This document shows positions 27,499 through 37,519 of a stretch of DNA of 64,000 nt, in pieces; position 1 is the first letter of the stretch, and the number at the start of each line of letters is the position of its first letter. This DNA is from Parcubacteria group bacterium. GTDB lineage: Bacteria; Patescibacteriota; Minisyncoccia; Moranbacterales; UBA2206. Position numbers and translations under genes: made by a program. A model generated the notes under the pieces. That model saw only the letters and a program-made list of their open reading frames with translations. It was not told the DNA's origin and searched no databases. The stretch covers positions 78,922 through 142,921 of the forward strand of contig JBAZYF010000004.1 of NCBI GenBank assembly GCA_041659505.1, in the 5' to 3' direction.

Positions 27499-29226
27499 TT
27501 AACTTACCAATCTAAGGTCGACTAGCTTCATTTGAATTTTTTTACTCCCATTCCATTCATCTTCGTTAAGATTAAAAACAATGTCAATTAAATCATCTTT
27601 TTTTAAATTAATAAATTCATCACCCAATTTAAATCCGATCGCATCAAATATTTTCGGACTTCCGTCATTTGCTCTTAGCGCCAGTTTCAAATGTTTCGTC
27701 CCATTGCCCACGATCCGCACATCGCTCACTCGCATCTGCCTAAGCAGAAAAATCGGTTCTTTATTACCCATTCCAAACGGCTCCATCTTTTTTAGATCTG
27801 TCATAAACTCCCAATCGATATCTTGAGCCTTAAGTTCCAGATCGATGGATAAGGTGGAAATAATTTCTTTTTCCTCAAGTTGTGCCTCGATCAGTTCTGT
27901 CATTTTCTCGCAGAAGCGGTCGACGTTTTCCGGCGAGATCCGCACGCCGGCTGCCTGAGAATGGCCGCCAAATTTGGAAAGTAATTCGGAACATTTTTCC
28001 AAACATTCCACGATATTGATCTCCGGAATGCTCCGGAGCGATCCGACATATTCTTTTTCCTGGATCTGGAAAACAACGGCCGGTTTTTGGAATTTATCCA
28101 CCACCTTGCCAGCCACCAATCCCAAAATTCCCACCGGCCAATGTTCGCTTTTAGCAAACACAAATTTTTTATCGGAAAAATCACGCAAAGCCAGCCCTTC
28201 AATCTCTTTCACTATCTCCCCTGTCATTTTTTGGCGCTCTTGATTTTTACCCTCCACTTCAAGCGCCAACACTCGCGCATGCACTGGATCTTTTTCTATG
28301 ATTAATTTATAGGCTACACTGGCATGATCCATCCGGCCAGCGGCATTAATTCTTGGCGCAATCTGAAAAGCAACTTTTTGCGTATCGGGGATATGGTCTT
28401 CAGAAATTTCAATCCGACCGACTTTAAACATCTCAAGTAGCCCAGAACGACGCGTCTTAGACAACACCACGAGACCATATTTGACTAACATACGATTTTC
28501 TCCGAGTAATGTAACACAATCGGCAATTGTTCCGATGGCCACCAAGTCCAGCATCCATTTGAGTTGATCGATTTTTTCCGGAGCAAATTTTTGGCAGAGT
28601 GCTTGGGCCAGCGTAAATGCCACGCCGACGCCAGCCAAATCAGTAAATTTAAAACCCGAATTTTTCAAGTGCGGATTAATGATTGCCGTGGCTTTAGGCA
28701 AAATTTCTGGAGCATGATGATGGTCGGTAATAATCACATCCATCCCTAAATTTCCTGCCTTTTCTACCTCAGCTACACCGGTAATTCCTGAGTCGACCGT
28801 AATGATCAGGCTTACGCCCTCGTGCGCTAAAAATTCAATTGCTGCATCATTCATTCCATAACCCTCCAATTGACGGTCAGGGATATAATAAGTCAGATCG
28901 GTAAAACCCAAGCTTTCCAAAGTTTCAAAAAGGAGGGCTGTCGCAGTCACTCCATCTGCATCATAGTCACCAAAAATAGCGATTTTTTCTTTTTTCTCTA
29001 GCGCTCTTTTGATCCGCTCCACCGCTTCTGCCATTCCAGAAATTTTCTCCAGATTTTCGCAAACCGCATAATTAAAACTGAAAAAATCCTCAAGAGATTC
29101 TTGAGACACAATGCCACGACCGGCCAATAATTCTAAAACAAGCGGACTGTACTTTTCAGACTCACCAAACTTAGAAAAATCAATTTCGGTGGTTATTTTT
29201 TCTTTCAGCTCCCATTTCTTTTGCAT
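27499..29226 (-). CDS. recJ: Single-stranded-DNA-specific exonuclease RecJ
   Basis: DHH motifs (IFGDYDADGVTA, ITDHHH) plus a DHHA1 region. Confidence 0.85.
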   Translation of the reverse strand: MQKKWELKEKITTEIDFSKFGESEKYSPLVLELLAGRGIVSQESLEDFFSFNYAVCENLEKISGMAEAVERIKRALEKKEKIAIFGDYDADGVTATALLFETLESLGFTDLTYYIPDRQLEGYGMNDAAIEFLAHEGVSLIITVDSGITGVAEVEKAGNLGMDVIITDHHHAPEILPKATAIINPHLKNSGFKFTDLAGVGVAFTLAQALCQKFAPEKIDQLKWMLDLVAIGTIADCVTLLGENRMLVKYGLVVLSKTRRSGLLEMFKVGRIEISEDHIPDTQKVAFQIAPRINAAGRMDHASVAYKLIIEKDPVHARVLALEVEGKNQERQKMTGEIVKEIEGLALRDFSDKKFVFAKSEHWPVGILGLVAGKVVDKFQKPAVVFQIQEKEYVGSLRSIPEINIVECLEKCSELLSKFGGHSQAAGVRISPENVDRFCEKMTELIEAQLEEKEIISTLSIDLELKAQDIDWEFMTDLKKMEPFGMGNKEPIFLLRQMRVSDVRIVGNGTKHLKLALRANDGSPKIFDAIGFKLGDEFINLKKDDLIDIVFNLNEDEWNGSKKIQMKLVDLRLVS

Positions 29227-29234
29227 CGTTTATT

Positions 29235-29807
29235 TTATTCAGATTTCCCATAGTCGCATCTCAGGCAAACTATTCTACCCGTGAATTCCCTTCTTTCCGC
29301 ATTGGTTATTTCTATGTTTATTACCAAATCTTCTCCACAATTAGCACAAGAAAAATCTTCTTTTAATTTCAAATCCCGTGTCAATCTGAAAATATCTCCG
29401 CCATTGACGTTCAGCTTCAAATTATATTTTTCCAAACTGAACAAGCTTAGCACTCGCGACACCACTTCTTTTGGCGTAACCATGCCAGACACAAAAAAAT
29501 CCCTCACGCCAGCCAGTTCCGCTTTTTTGCGATCCTCTTCGCGTCCCATATGCGATGACATCACAACCGGGATATTATTCGTCGTAACATTTTTAGAAAG
29601 CGCATCTTTCATGCCAAATCCATCCATTTTCGGCATAATAATCCCAGTGAGAATTACATCGGGCACATTTGCCATTGCTTTATTCACGCCATCAAGGCCA
29701 TCTACCGCTTCAATCACTTTAAAGCCTTCCGTCTTGAAAACCTCGGCAAATATTCCGCGCGAATCCGCATCATCATCCACAATTAAAATTTTATATTTTT
29801 TTTCCAT
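29235..29807 (-). CDS. Response-regulator receiver domain fused to a C-terminal 4-Cys zinc ribbon. Orphan: no histidine kinase nearby.
   Basis: KILIVDDDADSRGIF...D...K receiver motifs. C-terminal CANCGEDL...CLRCDYGKSE. Confidence 0.7.
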   Translation of the reverse strand: MEKKYKILIVDDDADSRGIFAEVFKTEGFKVIEAVDGLDGVNKAMANVPDVILTGIIMPKMDGFGMKDALSKNVTTNNIPVVMSSHMGREEDRKKAELAGVRDFFVSGMVTPKEVVSRVLSLFSLEKYNLKLNVNGGDIFRLTRDLKLKEDFSCANCGEDLVINIEITNAERREFTGRIVCLRCDYGKSE

Positions 29808-29818
29808 AAAATTAAAAT

Positions 29819-31882
29819 TTAAATAATTACCTTAATATCCACCGCCACCGCCGCACTGCCATTATTATAGACTAAAAGCGGGTTGATATCAAACTCCGAG
29901 ATACTGCCCAGTTCCTGCGAAAATTCTCCCAAAGCAGTAATTATCCCCGCCAATTCTGAAAGATTGTAGACTTTTTGCCCGCGAGTCTCCCGGAAAAGAA
30001 AGCCTAATTTTCCCTCAATAAGTGATTTTTCTACCGCTTCTCTTGAATATGGCGGAATAAGCATCTCGGCCAGTTTGAAAACTTCGGTGTAGATTCCGCC
30101 CAGGCCATAAACGACAACCGGACCAAAATTAACGTCATATTTTACACCCAAAATTATTTCCATATCCCGCACCAGCATCGGCTGGATGATCAATTTCGCT
30201 TCAGGAAAATTAATCCGCATCTTCCGGAAGGCCATCTCTAATTCAAGCTGGTTTCTTAGATTCAACATTAATCCTTGCTTGTCTGTCTTATGCAAAACCG
30301 CATCGCTATCAACTTTAAGTACCACGGGAAAATCTTTTTGCATAGACAACGCTGCACCTCTATTTATTTCTACAGCTGAAATTGTCTTTATATCATAGAG
30401 CCCCATCAACTTTTGGCTTTCGGAAAAATAAAGCGCGCGCCGATTTTCTTTTTTTGCCAAATCTATAATTGCCGTGGCCTTGGCTTTTCGCTCTTGATTA
30501 ATTCCGCCAGCTAGATTTTCAACCTGTACTTTTTCTTTACACTTCCAGAGAAAAAAGGCATCCAACACGGAAACGGCACTTTCCGGAAAAGCGAAGTTGA
30601 AAATATTTTCTGCGCGCAGTTTTTTCACGCCCTTTTCCACTTTCTTTCCACCGACGAATGATGCCACGATCGCTTTTGTACTTTTAGCGTTGAACTTTGC
30701 AATCACTCGGGCAATTTTTTCCACCGGCGTCTGATCCTGCGGTGTCAAAAGAAAGATGATTGCGCCAATTTCCGGATCCTTGTCAATAATTTGCAAGACT
30801 TTTTTGTAGCGATCTTCCTTCGCATCCCCCAAAAGATCAATCGGATTTTCTATTGAAGCCTCTTCAGGCAAAATTTTTCGCAGAGCCAATTTTGTCTTAT
30901 CACTCAGTTCAGCAAGGATAATTTCTTTTTGCGAAAAAGCATCGGTCGTAAGTACACCTAAACCTCCGGCATTGGTGATAACAGCAATCCGATTACAAAC
31001 CATCGCTTTGTTGTGCGAAATAAATCCGATCAGATTGAAAAATTCCTCCAAGTCCCGCGCACGCATAATCCCCGCTTTGCGAAAAGCTGCTTCCATAATC
31101 ACATCACTACCGGCAAGAGCGCCTGTGTGGGAAGAAATGGCTTTTTGCGAACGCTCCGTCTTTCCCGCTTTCAAAACTACAATCGGTTTTTTCTTTGAAA
31201 CTCTACTCGCCACTTCGATAAATTTCGTGCCATTCTTGATCCCTTCCAGATACATCCCGATTACCGCCGTATCAGGATCATTTTCCAAGTATGTCAGCAT
31301 CTCGGTTTCAGAAATATTAAGTTTGTTGCCAATAGAAACCAGTTTGGAAAAATAGATCTTCTCCGATTGAGCCAGATCTGTAAGCGCTACGGCGAGCGCT
31401 CCGGATTGGGTCACGAACGCCACATTGCCTGCGCCCGGAAGACCGCTGGCAAAAGACGCATTCAGTTTCAATTTGGGAATAATAAAGCCCAAACAGTTCG
31501 GACCTAAAATATTTATTCCATTCTCTTGGGCCAGTTGCAAAAGCTCGGCTTCGCGCGCCTTGCCTTCTTCACCCATCTCAGAAAAACCAGCCGAGACGAT
31601 CACAAAGTTTTTTGCTTTCGCCACATTTTCTCGAATCTCAGCCACCACGAACTTGGCCGGAATTGCTATAATCACCAAATCAATCTCGCCCTCCACTTCA
31701 GAAAGTTTTTTATAGCACTTGGCCTCAAAAATCTGGTCATATTTTGGATTAACCAAATAAATCTTGCCGACATATCCCAGCTCCAAAATATTTTTGGCAA
31801 TCACATTGCCTACCTTCCCAACTTCCGGCGAAGCGCCCACAATGGCAATCGACTGCGGATTGAACATTTTTTCCAAATTCAT
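29819..31882 (-). CDS. Acetate-CoA ligase (ADP-forming), fused alpha/beta subunits (ACD family)
   Basis: N-terminal CoA-binding Rossmann (IAIVGASPEVGKVG). Succinyl-CoA-synthetase-like ligase domain. C-terminal ATP-grasp. 687 aa. Confidence 0.85.
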   Translation of the reverse strand: MNLEKMFNPQSIAIVGASPEVGKVGNVIAKNILELGYVGKIYLVNPKYDQIFEAKCYKKLSEVEGEIDLVIIAIPAKFVVAEIRENVAKAKNFVIVSAGFSEMGEEGKAREAELLQLAQENGINILGPNCLGFIIPKLKLNASFASGLPGAGNVAFVTQSGALAVALTDLAQSEKIYFSKLVSIGNKLNISETEMLTYLENDPDTAVIGMYLEGIKNGTKFIEVASRVSKKKPIVVLKAGKTERSQKAISSHTGALAGSDVIMEAAFRKAGIMRARDLEEFFNLIGFISHNKAMVCNRIAVITNAGGLGVLTTDAFSQKEIILAELSDKTKLALRKILPEEASIENPIDLLGDAKEDRYKKVLQIIDKDPEIGAIIFLLTPQDQTPVEKIARVIAKFNAKSTKAIVASFVGGKKVEKGVKKLRAENIFNFAFPESAVSVLDAFFLWKCKEKVQVENLAGGINQERKAKATAIIDLAKKENRRALYFSESQKLMGLYDIKTISAVEINRGAALSMQKDFPVVLKVDSDAVLHKTDKQGLMLNLRNQLELEMAFRKMRINFPEAKLIIQPMLVRDMEIILGVKYDVNFGPVVVYGLGGIYTEVFKLAEMLIPPYSREAVEKSLIEGKLGFLFRETRGQKVYNLSELAGIITALGEFSQELGSISEFDINPLLVYNNGSAAVAVDIKVII

Positions 31883-31950
31883 AAATATTGTATTTTCTAG
31901 TTATACAACCATTATAGCACTATATTGAAAATTTGTAGATGCGAGAAAAG

Positions 31951-32358
31951 CTACTTGCCCTGCACTTTTTGCCACAGCGCTTGCAGATAAAGAACCGGCG
32001 CAGAAGAGATTTTTTTATGCATTTCCTCGGAAAAACAACTTTCTTTTCCGGAAGAATTTCGCGCGCTGACAGAGAAATAGTAAGTCTTTCCGGGCTCAAG
32101 ATTACTCAATTTGAATTGACCAACCTTTCCGACTGTTTGATTTTTAGCATATCCTCCCGACGGACAATCGCCGTTTCTTGGGTTGGTACCATAATAGATT
32201 TTGTAGCCGGTCGTATTTCCATCACTGCTCAAATTCCAGGAAAGATTAGCTGTTCCTTTTGGCGGATCAACCTTCAACCAGCTAGATCCAGCCAGAAGCC
32301 AGATGACCACGCTCAAAATCAGCAACGAGAGAAAAGTTATTTTTGTTTTTTGTTGCAT
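31951..32358 (-). CDS. Small secreted fibronectin-type-III domain protein
   Basis: Signal peptide. GYKIYYGTNP...GKTYYFSVSARNSSGKES FN3 pattern. Paralogous to the FN3 part of 35769-36302. Confidence 0.6.
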   Translation of the reverse strand: MQQKTKITFLSLLILSVVIWLLAGSSWLKVDPPKGTANLSWNLSSDGNTTGYKIYYGTNPRNGDCPSGGYAKNQTVGKVGQFKLSNLEPGKTYYFSVSARNSSGKESCFSEEMHKKISSAPVLYLQALWQKVQGK

Positions 32359-32444
32359 ATGCGTTAGTTGGAATTATAGTTACAGCTGGCTCGATTTGAC
32401 ACAAAAACAGGGTCTTTTTGAACCCTGTATTCAAACAAAAAAGA

Positions 32445-33668
32445 TCACTGGGACTTTAGACTCAAACCATAATCCCCCAAAATCTCCGTTACCTCATTAT
32501 TATTTTCAAGATCAATTTTTTTCAAAACATTATAAGCCTCATCCTCAATTTCATTTGTCGTATCGACAGAATCAATAAAAGCAACGTATTTTCCATCAGA
32601 AGATATAAACAGGGCGCTACTGTCCAAGCTCGGATCATCTTCTCCGGTTGCTGGATCAGTATAAATAGGAGCTAATACTCCCGTTTCGAAATTAAATATA
32701 AAAATTCGATTATTCGTAGCCAATGCCAGCCGTTTTTCGTCTTTGCTCCAAGCCACTGAACGCACGCTATCATACCCCGAATCTTCATCCTGATTGATTG
32801 CTGCGGATATATCATAGGTCTTTTCAGGTTTCAAAAGATCATCACTAGCATACAGCAAAAGCTCCCATTGTTTTCCTATCTCAACATTGGGCTTGGCATG
32901 CTGGTTGATCATAATAAAACTTTTTAACGATGGACTGAATGCGCCCGCCGGAACCACTGCCGACACATCGCCAACTTTCAAAGAATCGAAACCTTCCGTC
33001 TTGTTGCAAATTTTAATTTGCGTATCGCAAGCATAAACAGGAGAAACATCACCCAAATCACCAAAGGTCAAATGTCCAAATAATAAATTGCGCTGTGAAT
33101 TCCATCTGAACCAAGACAAAGAAGTCCCTCTTTTTTGTAGCTCAGGGTCTATTCCTTGATATATTTCAGAAAGAAGCGTAGACGGAGAACAGCTTTTATT
33201 TTCAATTTCACAGAGATAATCACTCACAGAAAGTACGGGCTGGTCTGCATCTTTAGGCAATAGCGCGACTGACTTATAAGTTGTAACGGTAACAAGTGCT
33301 TGGCGTTCATCTGGAGAAAGTAAGGTTACGCCCTGCTCAACATCCTCATTTTTATTGTCCCCCAGAACCGGGAAACCTTCAAAACTGTCAAAATTAGATT
33401 GTTCCAAAAGACTTGTCGCCTCAACTTTCCCAGAAAGAAGATCGACTTTTTCCACAGCATCGTTTGCCACCACTAGCAATTTTTTATCAGGAATAACAAC
33501 TTCATCTTGAATAGAAACAGAACCAGCTTCAGAATTAACTGAAGCTGGTTTTAATGATGAATGTTTTCGGCTAATCTGAACAGCTAGTGTGGTCAAGCCA
33601 GCGATTAAAATTATGCCCGCCCCAATGACTGTGAAAAATTTAATTTTATTCTCAATCTTTAACTTCAT
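32445..33668 (-). CDS. Hypothetical membrane-anchored periplasmic protein (TolB-like beta-propeller features)
   Basis: N-terminal TM helix. WSKDEKRLA...SSDGKYVAF propeller-blade-like motifs. Confidence 0.45.
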   Translation of the reverse strand: MKLKIENKIKFFTVIGAGIILIAGLTTLAVQISRKHSSLKPASVNSEAGSVSIQDEVVIPDKKLLVVANDAVEKVDLLSGKVEATSLLEQSNFDSFEGFPVLGDNKNEDVEQGVTLLSPDERQALVTVTTYKSVALLPKDADQPVLSVSDYLCEIENKSCSPSTLLSEIYQGIDPELQKRGTSLSWFRWNSQRNLLFGHLTFGDLGDVSPVYACDTQIKICNKTEGFDSLKVGDVSAVVPAGAFSPSLKSFIMINQHAKPNVEIGKQWELLLYASDDLLKPEKTYDISAAINQDEDSGYDSVRSVAWSKDEKRLALATNNRIFIFNFETGVLAPIYTDPATGEDDPSLDSSALFISSDGKYVAFIDSVDTTNEIEDEAYNVLKKIDLENNNEVTEILGDYGLSLKSQ

Positions 33669-33704
33669 ATTTTTCCTTTCTGAATCGCTTTTCTCCCCTT
33701 ATCT

Positions 33705-35744
33705 TTAATTTTTTATCCGGTAATAGATTTTTTTACTTTTCCACCCGGTCTTTAGATTAACCGCGTACCAATTATAGGTTCCTTTCGGCTTGGCCGCATA
33801 ATAATCCACTCGAAAATAGCCAGTCTTGGAAGTCTTAACCAACATCGGTTTATAATACCCTCCGCCATATTTGGAGAAGTACAGTGCTACCATTGAATTT
33901 TTGGTAAATTTATTTCCCCGCTCAATTAGCAATCCTCCTCGAGGTACGTTTTTTCGCGAATTGGTAATTTTTCTTGTTTGCTCTTTCTTTTTTGAACTTG
34001 AAGATTTTGATTTGTGATTATCTGAAATTGCTGTTGCATTTGAAATAGAGAAAGAAATTGCATAGTCACTGACAGTCGGATTCAACGCTTCATCCGCACA
34101 ACGCACATAGTAGGTATAACTACCACCGTCAATCAATCCGGTAGCGGAAAAAGAATGCGTGGTTGTTCCGGTAGTGGTAGTAAATTCATCAGTCATAGAA
34201 GCATAAGCCGTCTCGGCGGTAGTAGAGTACTTGCAAGTAGCATTTTCATTTGTTGTCACCCCGACAGTCGCCGAAGTCGTTCCCTTAGTCAACGTTCCGC
34301 TTGGTGTTCCATTGGAAAGCACTGGCGGGGTTGTGTCAGGTATATTTAAAGTGATTGTATCTGTAGTATCGCTTGTCACAGTTAGCCCGCCATCTCGAAA
34401 GCGCATATAGACAGTTTTTGATCCATTTCCACTGGTCAGTGTATGCGACGCGGTTGTGGCACAAGTAGCCCAATTAGTCGGACTAGCGGTGTTCCCAAAA
34501 GCCATCTGCACCGTTGCCCAATCATCAGTTGGACAAGTAATATTTAGCGTAACGGCAGTCGTAACTGCTTCCGTAGCACCATTATCAATTGTGAAAGATC
34601 CCCCCGTCGGTGCCGTTGTGTCGAGTTCAATCGTGTCGGTCACATCACTCGCTGTCACAGTCTGTCCACCATCTCGAAAACTCATATAAACTGTCTTTGT
34701 GCCATCTCCAGCAGACAGCGTATGCGCTGTCGTCGCTGCACAAGTCGTCCAGTTGGTCGGATTAGCTGAATTACCGAAAGCCATCTCAACCGGAGTCCAA
34801 CTGTCCGTCGGACAAGTCACATTCAAAGTCACCGCAGTTGAAGCCGTACGTGCCGCATCGCTATTGATCGTAAAGGATCCACCGGTCGGTGCCGCCATAT
34901 CAATTGTGACTGAATCATTCCGGCTTGTGGAAACATTATCCGCCGCATCTTTCGCCCAAGCATACAGCGTTTTGGTGCCTGTTGTTCCGAAAACAAATTC
35001 TGTCGGAACAGCACCCCAATCAGCGTCATCAGACGCAGGAGCGGAAGATGATTCAGTAAGCAGATACGCGGTCACGCCAATCGCATCAGTCGCTGTGAAT
35101 GTGGTAATCGGAACAGTGAGAGAGGCTGAATTGGCTGGAATTACAAAGGCTGTCACCGTCGGTGCTACACCATCCGTTCCAGTAATCGTAACAGCGGCAG
35201 GAGTCCGTGTTGACACAACTTGCGTTCCATTTCCGTCATTAACCGCTGCATTTGACGCAGTCGTAAAAACAACAGGAGAACTAGTTGCCGCGGAAACAGC
35301 ATGAAAAGAAATTGTCGCCACGTCCGTCGGAATAATCTCAGGGGTCGACGTATAAACAACTACTGTAGCTGTTCCAGCGACATTGTCAAAGGTCGGATAG
35401 CCTTCGAGGGAAGAGAAAGCAGTCGTATTGACAGTTATTCCATTAGTATTAATCTGCAACACTGTTTCATCAAACGTAATGTGCAGCTCGACTGCATTTA
35501 TCCCGGGGTTTCCCTCACTTCCATCATTTGAATTAGGATCAACACTCGCAACAAGATTGAAATCAGCGCCCGCCGCAACTGTCGTTGTTGCCGGAGTAAA
35601 AAGTAGTTCCGCATCATCATCTGTCGCGCGAGCAGTTTTAATTTGGGAAAATTGCCAACAGGTTGTGAGAGTAAAAATAACAGCGATAGTAAGCGTTTTG
35701 AACGTTTTCATGGAAAGTACTTTTTTATTTTTCATATTTTTCAT
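33705..35744 (-). CDS. Large secreted surface protein: N-terminal cohesin-like domain, two approximately 95-aa tandem Ig-like repeats, basic C-terminal domain
   Basis: Signal peptide. ELLFTPATTTVAAGADFNLVASV...INAVELHITFDETVLQIN resembles cohesin strands. Tandem repeat APTGGSFTI(N/D)...RFRDGG..VT x2 at nt 34380-34950. Confidence 0.6.
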   Translation of the reverse strand: MKNMKNKKVLSMKTFKTLTIAVIFTLTTCWQFSQIKTARATDDDAELLFTPATTTVAAGADFNLVASVDPNSNDGSEGNPGINAVELHITFDETVLQINTNGITVNTTAFSSLEGYPTFDNVAGTATVVVYTSTPEIIPTDVATISFHAVSAATSSPVVFTTASNAAVNDGNGTQVVSTRTPAAVTITGTDGVAPTVTAFVIPANSASLTVPITTFTATDAIGVTAYLLTESSSAPASDDADWGAVPTEFVFGTTGTKTLYAWAKDAADNVSTSRNDSVTIDMAAPTGGSFTINSDAARTASTAVTLNVTCPTDSWTPVEMAFGNSANPTNWTTCAATTAHTLSAGDGTKTVYMSFRDGGQTVTASDVTDTIELDTTAPTGGSFTIDNGATEAVTTAVTLNITCPTDDWATVQMAFGNTASPTNWATCATTASHTLTSGNGSKTVYMRFRDGGLTVTSDTTDTITLNIPDTTPPVLSNGTPSGTLTKGTTSATVGVTTNENATCKYSTTAETAYASMTDEFTTTTGTTTHSFSATGLIDGGSYTYYVRCADEALNPTVSDYAISFSISNATAISDNHKSKSSSSKKKEQTRKITNSRKNVPRGGLLIERGNKFTKNSMVALYFSKYGGGYYKPMLVKTSKTGYFRVDYYAAKPKGTYNWYAVNLKTGWKSKKIYYRIKN

Positions 35745-35768
35745 ATTTTTTACAGATATTGTTTAGGA

Positions 35769-36302
35769 TTATTCGAAAGAACTTCCAAATTCCCCCGCCA
35801 GAATACTCAAATCACTCACATCAACCGTTCCACTTCGATTAATATCCGCCGCGTGTTCAATAGTTTGGCCGAATAAACCGGCTATAATACCCAAATCAGA
35901 AACATCCACCGCACGATCGATATTTATATCTCCTCGATAAGTAATCAATTTCGAAACCTCAGTCGCGTTATAATTGCTCTCATTAGCCGAAGTGTCATAG
36001 GCCGTCAGACGGAAATAATAGGTCTGTCCGGGAGTGAGTGCATCAAACCAATGCGAAACTCCATTGTCCGTTACATCATAGGAGTTAGCATAATCATCAT
36101 CGGCCGGATCAGTCGCCGACGAGTGGGAAGCAGTGTCGTAATAAATTTTGTAGCCATCCAAATCACCCTCGGAGTTGGCGTTCCAAGTTACGTGCGCCGA
36201 TCCAGCCAAGGCCTGCCCGGCTCCGAAAGCGAATAGAGCAAGAAGCATGCACAAAAAAACCAACTGTTTTTTTGCGGTTTTCATTTCTATTTTACTTTTC
36301 AT
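35769..36302 (-). CDS. Secreted FN3-domain protein with a C-terminal type-I dockerin
   Basis: Signal peptide. FN3 (GYKIYYDT...GQTYYFRLTAYDTSANES). Duplicated Ca-binding segments GDINIDRAVDVSDLGIIAGLFG / ADINRSGTVDVSDLSILAGEFG. Confidence 0.7.
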   Translation of the reverse strand: MKSKIEMKTAKKQLVFLCMLLALFAFGAGQALAGSAHVTWNANSEGDLDGYKIYYDTASHSSATDPADDDYANSYDVTDNGVSHWFDALTPGQTYYFRLTAYDTSANESNYNATEVSKLITYRGDINIDRAVDVSDLGIIAGLFGQTIEHAADINRSGTVDVSDLSILAGEFGSSFE

Positions 36303-36433
36303 ATTTTTTTATCCTCCAATTTATTTTTTTAACTAATTAAAGAATTGATTTAATTACAATAAATAATCTTACTTAAACTATACTATATTTTCAAAAAAGC
36401 TGCAAGAAAGTTATCCACAGGTGAAATAATCCT

Positions 36434-37414
36434 CTACCCTCCATTTTCCAACATTTCTTTCTCATCTAGAAGTCCCTTGATCGAACCATAAAAACGCACC
36501 TCGTGTGAGCTATTGACGATTCCCCAGTCCAGGCAAACTTTCAATATTTTTCCTTTGATGTGAGCTCCTAAAAAACCGCTTGCAAAAGAATCACCTGCCC
36601 CTGTCGAATCCAACGCCTTTACCATCCTGCCGGGAGCATACAGCACGTCAGTACCATTAGTCGCCCAAGCACCGCGCACGCCATCTGTAATAACCACTAT
36701 GTTTGCACCCATTTCTTTCAATTCCTGCAAAAGAAAAAATTCATTGTCCAAGTCGGATGTGGAAAAATTTTTAATTTGTGAAATAACTTCTAGGGCCTCA
36801 TCCTTGTTGAGAAAAAGCACCTCCGTTTCGGTAATTATCTCGATTATTTTTTTGACATCATCGTGAATATGGATCTGCTTCGGATTATACGCCAACTTAA
36901 GTTTGTGTTCTTTGGCAATTCTAGAAATTAGATCTAACTGACTTCTCCAATCGCCGTGAAGATCTCCAATGAAAATCCACTCGGCTGAACTGATTTTTTC
37001 TGGCACCAGTTCTAATTTTCCGCTTACTTTTTGATTAGAAAAAATTACATGTTCAGCTGAATTGCGATCTACCACAATTGCTGACATATCACTGAAAAGT
37101 TCTTTATCTTTAGTGATCAGATCGACACTGACTTTATTTTTTTTCAACTGATCCAAAATCCAATCCGCCACATGATCATTACCGATGTGTGAGTAGCAAG
37201 CAGCGTCGATGCCCAGACGTGAGAGTCCCACCGCCACATTAGCCGCGCAACCACCCAGCGCCTCAAAGCGCTCTTCGATGCGATATTTCGCTCCCAATTC
37301 AAACTCAATCTTTTGTTGACTCAAAAGATCCTCCGGCGTTTCTATGATTTTTCCTTCAGTCGTCGGAAAAAAAACATCCTTACAAGCCGAGCCGATACAA
37401 ATTACTCTTGACAT
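36434..37414 (-). CDS. PfkB-family carbohydrate kinase (ribokinase-like)
   Basis: GGCAANVAVGLSRLG and GAGDSFASGFL signatures. Confidence 0.85.
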   Translation of the reverse strand: MSRVICIGSACKDVFFPTTEGKIIETPEDLLSQQKIEFELGAKYRIEERFEALGGCAANVAVGLSRLGIDAACYSHIGNDHVADWILDQLKKNKVSVDLITKDKELFSDMSAIVVDRNSAEHVIFSNQKVSGKLELVPEKISSAEWIFIGDLHGDWRSQLDLISRIAKEHKLKLAYNPKQIHIHDDVKKIIEIITETEVLFLNKDEALEVISQIKNFSTSDLDNEFFLLQELKEMGANIVVITDGVRGAWATNGTDVLYAPGRMVKALDSTGAGDSFASGFLGAHIKGKILKVCLDWGIVNSSHEVRFYGSIKGLLDEKEMLENGG

Positions 37415-37519
37415 AGATTATAAATTCTTATCAAAAAATTATTTATTTATTTCATCATATTGATTATAGCACAAACAGTAAATAGTGAAAATATATTATT
37501 ATCTATACACAATTATTTA

